From the IMG/VR virus record IMGVR_UViG_3300042569_002633: a stretch of 20,000 bases of DNA. One strand, given 5' to 3'. The notes under the pieces were generated by a model that was given only the letters and a program-made list of their open reading frames with translations, was not told the origin of the DNA and ran no database searches. This document shows positions 15,953-20,000 of the stretch, in pieces. Position 1 is the stretch's first letter, and every line of letters starts with the position of its first letter. This stretch comes from an uncultured virus (IMG/VR IMGVR_UViG_3300042569_002633). Lineage: Duplodnaviria > Heunggongvirae > Uroviricota > Caudoviricetes. Both the position numbers and the translations under genes were made by a program.

Positions 15953-16504
15953 CTATATATCAGAACTTTGTTCTTTATCCTGATGCTTCAGGATATCTCT
16001 GAATTTAGACGCTAATTCATAATCCTCATTCTTAATAGCTTTCTGCATCAAGCTCTCTATTAAATAAGAGTCATTGGGTTCACCCTCGGGTTGCTCATCC
16101 TTTAATGAGTTAATTATAAGAGCTATTCGTTGAGGTGCATAGATAACCTCAAGTCTCGAGTTTACTATATTAGGATCTTCAATATTTTCCTCCTCCTGGT
16201 CATCGATATCCTCGTCTATCTCATCCTCAACAGGTTCCCAGTCGCCATTGTCCCAGTTTATGATCCAAGGACCGTATGTTATGTCGGATATATCCCCGTC
16301 TACTACCTGTTTTAGTATAGTCTTAAGCTCTCCCTTTATGTCATTCTTGGTAAGAGAATCGCTAAAAGGTTTTCTTTTAATGCCAGGTATAACATTGCTA
16401 CCCTCACCTATTCCCATTTTGAATGCCTTATAGACCTCAAAAATAGAATCCCAATCTAAACTGGATATAACTTTATCGATAAGTTTTGAATGCTCTTTCC
16501 TCAT
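15953..16504 (-). CDS. Hypothetical with acidic insert and C-terminal UVR (UvrB/UvrC) coiled-coil motif
   Basis: LIESLMQKAIKNEDYELASKFRDIL matches the UVR consensus (MxxAxxxEDYExAAxxRD); AATATATAG variant motif at 16521-16529 upstream. Confidence 0.7.
   Translation of the reverse strand: MRKEHSKLIDKVISSLDWDSIFEVYKAFKMGIGEGSNVIPGIKRKPFSDSLTKNDIKGELKTILKQVVDGDISDITYGPWIINWDNGDWEPVEDEIDEDIDDQEEENIEDPNIVNSRLEVIYAPQRIALIINSLKDEQPEGEPNDSYLIESLMQKAIKNEDYELASKFRDILKHQDKEQSSDI
15954..15961 (-). promoter_or_regulatory. Putative late promoter GATATATA overlapping the upstream gene's last codons
   Basis: Formed by GAT ATA TAG (Asp-Ile-stop) of 15953..16504; 4 nt before GTG 15949. Confidence 0.55.
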
Positions 16505-16528
16505 AATTACAGTGTATCCTCTATATAT

Positions 16529-16957
16529 TTACTTACTCTTGACACCCAATTGATCCGATACGGAGGATAGCCAAGCATTATATCTATCCGGATAGAACTT
16601 CTTAATCTGGTCAAGATCCCTTTTAGAAACCTCGAATTTTTCTCTTATGAACTTCTCAGCCTCCTCAAAATTGTGATCCTTTTTAGAGCTATCTTTTTTC
16701 TCGGAAGATTTTTTAGTCTTTGTATAGATCCATTTAGGAGGGGAGGTGAATCTAGGACTCAGTGTATCGTGCCACCAATCTATAACATTATGTGGTGTTA
16801 TCTTTAATTTATTGAACTGATTAGCCTGAACCGGGAATTGAATGGACATTATTCTATTAAGCATGAAAAAATTCCTGTTCTTGTCTATTTTAGCTACATC
16901 AGCCCACTTTGACTCTTTTTTTTCGAATATTTTCTTTACTACGTCAAAAAGTTCCAT
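16529..16957 (-). CDS. Probable clamp loader small subunit, T4 gp62-like
   Basis: FFMLNRIMS..ANQFN..PKWIYTK..FIREKFEVS resembles gp62-type F(I/M)xNRxxS..AN..KW blocks; size fits; in the same block as the gp44-like gene. Confidence 0.5.
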   Translation of the reverse strand: MELFDVVKKIFEKKESKWADVAKIDKNRNFFMLNRIMSIQFPVQANQFNKLKITPHNVIDWWHDTLSPRFTSPPKWIYTKTKKSSEKKDSSKKDHNFEEAEKFIREKFEVSKRDLDQIKKFYPDRYNAWLSSVSDQLGVKSK

Positions 16958-16959
16958 CT

Positions 16960-18096
16960 TTATAGATTTGCAAAAGGATCAAATGAGGATGGGCTGTAAT
17001 TAGGCGATATCCAATTTGTACCCTCTAGTATTTTTATTCTGTCTAATGTTATTGATTTTCTTTCTAGTGAAATTCCTCTTTCTATCTCCGCTTCTGAATC
17101 AGAAACAACTTTATCAGGAAATACTGTGTCATCCAGCCACATGAGCTTGTAATTTCTTCTGATGTTATCAGAGACCTTATTTCTATTCTCTGAGGAGTCC
17201 ACATCCTTCATGGTTCTCAATATAAATCCAGAAGCCCAATTGAGAAATTCATTGCTATTTAGTAGCTCTTTTGGCTGTATATTCTTCCATTGCTCTGATG
17301 TGTTCATCGCTTCTATTAAAGACTCGCTTTTTCTAGGCGTGAACCCCATTTTCTTGCCATTCTGCGGGATTTCCCAAACAGATGGTACCGCATCACCTTT
17401 ATCACCCACAAACATCTTATTCAGAACGAAAAATTCACGATCAACCTCGTTTAATTCGCACTTGGAAAGCAGCGTCTTTAATTTACCCCTATCCGGTGAT
17501 ATAACAGAACCCATATTAAAAATGCTAGCTTCCTCCTCTTTTTCCAACCAATTGGACTTCCATCCGATAGGAGTAGTTACTACGTTCTTTTTATTGTTGC
17601 TATTCCACGTTATAGTCCAATTCGATCCTTCAAATCTAGCTAGCTGATGTAAATCTTTATCACCAGATACCACTATACAATCTTCTCCGTTATTATTAAA
17701 GTACTTCGACCACATATAGAGAAGGTCGTCACCCTCCGCTCCGGATACTTTAGAATAAATGAATCCCATTTTCTCCAGTTGGCGACCAAAAGAATCCATA
17801 AGATCGAAGAAAATAGTCCAATCGACATTCTCATCCTTTGTTCTATTTGACTTATATCCGCCATTTTCAATCTCAATTTCTCTTCTCCAGCTTTTGCTAT
17901 CGGCTGTAAAAATAAGTCTTCCACCTGAAGGCAAATTGTTTAATGAGGAGCACAGGTCAGTCGCTACTTTTCTAATAAACATAGTCTGGTCTGATTTTTT
18001 AGAAAAAACCTTACCAGGATCCACATTGCCATAACCAGCAAAAACCCCAAAGGTTTTGTGGAATATGTAATTTCCGTCAACACAAATATTAATCAT
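16960..18096 (-). CDS. rnh: T4 RNase H-like 5'-3' exonuclease (FEN family)
   Basis: ICVDGN, YKSNR, EGDD, VSGDKDLHQL, GDKGDAVP acidic motifs. Confidence 0.9.
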   Translation of the reverse strand: MINICVDGNYIFHKTFGVFAGYGNVDPGKVFSKKSDQTMFIRKVATDLCSSLNNLPSGGRLIFTADSKSWRREIEIENGGYKSNRTKDENVDWTIFFDLMDSFGRQLEKMGFIYSKVSGAEGDDLLYMWSKYFNNNGEDCIVVSGDKDLHQLARFEGSNWTITWNSNNKKNVVTTPIGWKSNWLEKEEEASIFNMGSVISPDRGKLKTLLSKCELNEVDREFFVLNKMFVGDKGDAVPSVWEIPQNGKKMGFTPRKSESLIEAMNTSEQWKNIQPKELLNSNEFLNWASGFILRTMKDVDSSENRNKVSDNIRRNYKLMWLDDTVFPDKVVSDSEAEIERGISLERKSITLDRIKILEGTNWISPNYSPSSFDPFANL

Positions 18097-18622
18097 TCTG
18101 TTCTATTTTTTTCAATACACTATATAGTTCCTTCGGTATCCTGTTAAATGCAGGATCAGTTATAGAGGAATCGTAATCTATAAAATTCAAGAAGTCTTTC
18201 TCGTCTGCCTTTATTCTACGGTCAACGTCGTCTGCATCTCTTCTCATAGACATTCTATCTCTTCTTATATTCTCGTCGATGTCAACATAGAGAATAATGG
18301 ACTCGCTTCTGTCTTCAGGTGATAACTGAGAAATTCCAGAAGGTGTCATTATAAATAAATTAGATTTGTGAAACTCCGATTTACTCGTTCCGTAAACCCA
18401 TCCATTAAATATGGTGTGCTCCAAAAAAAGATCTTCCAGTATCATCCCATAAGCATCGGACTCCTTTATGAAATAGTAATCTATACCCTCTTCCTCATCG
18501 GATCTCATCGGTCTAGTTGTATGGGAAACACAATAATTGAAGCCTTCCTCAACCATCATCTTTCTCAAGTGGTCCTTGCCAGAAGCTCCCTTTCCTGCTA
18601 TTATAACTCTTTTTTTATTCAT
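18089..18622 (-). CDS. gmk: Guanylate kinase
   Basis: GKGASGKD P-loop, SHTTRPMR..EEEGIDYYF, FLE..FNGWVYGT. Confidence 0.9.
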   Translation of the reverse strand: MNKKRVIIAGKGASGKDHLRKMMVEEGFNYCVSHTTRPMRSDEEEGIDYYFIKESDAYGMILEDLFLEHTIFNGWVYGTSKSEFHKSNLFIMTPSGISQLSPEDRSESIILYVDIDENIRRDRMSMRRDADDVDRRIKADEKDFLNFIDYDSSITDPAFNRIPKELYSVLKKIEQND

Positions 18623-18926
18623 TGTCTTCCTCGTCTTCTATTCCGTTCTCTATTTTATTGAATCTATCGATAGCTTTCTCGTAATCGGTATACGTCCAAG
18701 CCCATTTACCAAAATCCTCATCACTTGGGAACTTTTCTTTTTCTGGTAATTCGACTCCAAAAACAACCTTAGCTTTTCCTATTTTTATCTTAAAAACCTC
18801 AAATGCCTTGAAATCTGCTTCCAGATCTTCCGCATCAGATTGAGAATACATCGCAGCTTTGTCCGTTCTCTTTAATTGCTTATAGATATACCCGTTTCTA
18901 TTAATAACTTCTGCTAATTCTTTCAT
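18615..18926 (-). CDS. Hypothetical protein
   Basis: 103 aa, overlaps both neighbours by 4-8 nt (translational coupling); E.FPSDEDFGKWAW aromatic motif; no function recognised. Confidence 0.7.
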   Translation of the reverse strand: MKELAEVINRNGYIYKQLKRTDKAAMYSQSDAEDLEADFKAFEVFKIKIGKAKVVFGVELPEKEKFPSDEDFGKWAWTYTDYEKAIDRFNKIENGIEDEEDNE

Positions 18927-19873
18927 GCCTGTATAAGTTTTTGTATTTGGAAAAATAGCGAAAGAAGGGAAACCATAGGGTCGATAACATGAAGTCTTTG
19001 TGCCTGATGTTCAGCCACTAGAACTATCACACCAGGGATAATCTTAGAATGTGATTTTTTGTTTTTAATAACCCACTGTACGAATTCATCACCCAAGGCA
19101 CTCATTATATCGTCTGTCTTTCCGTTATATTCTCCAACTAAGTTCTGATAGTTACCAATTGGGTCCGGTGGAGAAAAAAGTAAATTGTAGAGTGACTCGT
19201 AACTCCATCCTATTTCTCTAACTTTTGCTAGATCAACCTTATTAGTTCCCTCTAGCATCCAGGTTTGGATCTTGTTAAGGGAGGATCTCAAATCAGGATA
19301 GAAATTTCTCTCAAATTCCAAGAGAGATTCCTCGTCTATTTCAATAGAAACCTTATTCAGGATAAGGTTTATTCTCTTTCTCCATTCTGATTTTACTTCG
19401 TTCTCCTCCTCTGAAGAAACAGGATCAAAGTCAATCACCTCAAATCTGCTCTGAATTGCATCAGGAACCTTATTGAGCCAGTTACAAGTAGCAATGAATC
19501 TTGTATTAGATGCAAACTTCTCTACAGTTCCTCTTAAAGCCTTATAGAACTGATCTGATGCACCGTCGAACTCATCCAATACAACCACTTTCTTTGAAGA
19601 AGCACCGTCCATAATCGACATTGTTGAACAAAAATCATTAATTTTAGTACGTATCGTCTCAACAGAACTCTCATCCGAAACATTTATAAAAAGGTGCGGG
19701 TAGGGTGCTGCTAATATTTTAGCAAGCGTGGTCTTACCGCTACCAGGGCTACCCGATAAAAGAACATTATGATTGAGCCCGTTAGTCTCAAAGATCTTTC
19801 TTATTCTCTGAGGCAATATCATATGCCTAATTTCCTTGGGCCTTAATTTCTCTGTTAATAATTCCTGCATCAT
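18923..19873 (-). CDS. Sliding clamp loader ATPase subunit (T4 gp44/RFC-like)
   Basis: EKLRP, GSPGSGKT Walker A, VVVLDEFD Walker B, FIATCN, AIQSRF arginine finger, YPDLR. Confidence 0.93.
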   Translation of the reverse strand: MMQELLTEKLRPKEIRHMILPQRIRKIFETNGLNHNVLLSGSPGSGKTTLAKILAAPYPHLFINVSDESSVETIRTKINDFCSTMSIMDGASSKKVVVLDEFDGASDQFYKALRGTVEKFASNTRFIATCNWLNKVPDAIQSRFEVIDFDPVSSEEENEVKSEWRKRINLILNKVSIEIDEESLLEFERNFYPDLRSSLNKIQTWMLEGTNKVDLAKVREIGWSYESLYNLLFSPPDPIGNYQNLVGEYNGKTDDIMSALGDEFVQWVIKNKKSHSKIIPGVIVLVAEHQAQRLHVIDPMVSLLSLFFQIQKLIQA

Positions 19874-19878
19874 ATTGT

Positions 19879-19907
19879 ATTATATTAGAAATTAACGAAA
19901 CTGTTTC
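19879..19907 (-). promoter_or_regulatory. Putative class-A promoter GAAAC-N18-TATAAT
   Basis: GAAAC at 19903-19907, TATAAT at 19879-19884; 5 nt from the first ATG of the clamp loader gene. Confidence 0.55.
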
Positions 19908-20000
19908 TCAAAATTTGGATGATAAATCATCAGCCTCTGACTTATCGTTTCTTATCTCTACGAATCTAGGCAAAAATAGTGATCTATTATCAAACTTGTC
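19908..20000 (-). CDS. ATP-dependent DNA ligase, C-terminal fragment
   Basis: Manual translation DKFDNRSLFLPRFVEIRNDKSEADDLSSKF*; SLFLPRF..IRxDK is ligase motif VI; TGA at 19908-19910. Confidence 0.85.
   Translation of the reverse strand, partial: DKFDNRSLFLPRFVEIRNDKSEADDLSSKF

Noticed and set aside
16287..16294. GATATATC near-match to the late motif
   Set aside because: Mismatch at the last position, mid-gene, with no nearby start codon of a supported gene.
17673..17924. Alternative-frame minus-strand ORF inside the RNase H gene
   Set aside because: Short, fully nested out of frame, no motif or initiation signal.
31..18749. All plus-strand ORFs in the track (e.g. 31..288, 710..919, 5561..5995, 17162..17647)
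   Set aside because: Antisense shadows of well-supported minus-strand genes, many S/L/F-rich, with no recognisable motifs; the first three lie opposite asnB.
18923..19873. Archaeal or eukaryotic-virus origin suggested by the RFC-like protein
   Set aside because: Context of gp23-like capsid, gp21-like protease and RNase H identifies it as a T4-type gp44.
1..20000. Stop-codon reassignment as in some jumbo phages
   Set aside because: Genes are full length in the standard code; TAG (13819, 15953), TGA and TAA all end genes at sensible boundaries.
1..20000. tRNA, intron, intein or mobile element
   Set aside because: Intergenic gaps are under about 130 nt and explained by promoter/terminator motifs; no homing endonuclease, intein or transposase motifs recognised.

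Overview
AT-rich fragment of a large T4-related (jumbo-type) dsDNA phage genome; all credible genes lie on the minus strand, densely packed, in the standard genetic code. In transcription order (right to left): 3' end of an ATP-dependent DNA ligase; a replication block (gp44-like clamp loader, hypothetical, guanylate kinase, RNase H/5'-3' exonuclease, probable gp62-like subunit); a UVR-motif protein; a small KOW/SH3-like protein; a UvsE-like protein lacking most metal ligands; a DEDDy exonuclease; a Pol-beta nucleotidyltransferase; an 869-aa protein with membrane-like segments; a gp21-like prohead protease fused to a 14x14-aa repeat scaffold; the gp23-like major capsid protein with a strong terminator; two paralogous coiled-coil proteins; an 811-aa protein with a PG-binding-like domain; a dNMP kinase; and an asparagine synthetase B (missed by the ORF track, runs off the left end). 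Most notable: two promoter-like motif classes that partition the genes by function (GATATATA before head genes; G(A/G)AA(C/A)-N18-TATAAT before DNA-metabolism genes); a shared T4 internal-protein-like propeptide marking a probable set of capsid-packaged proteins, including a nucleotidyltransferase; and a probable nested scaffold gene inside the protease gene. All calls come from motif recognition by eye; no searches were run.
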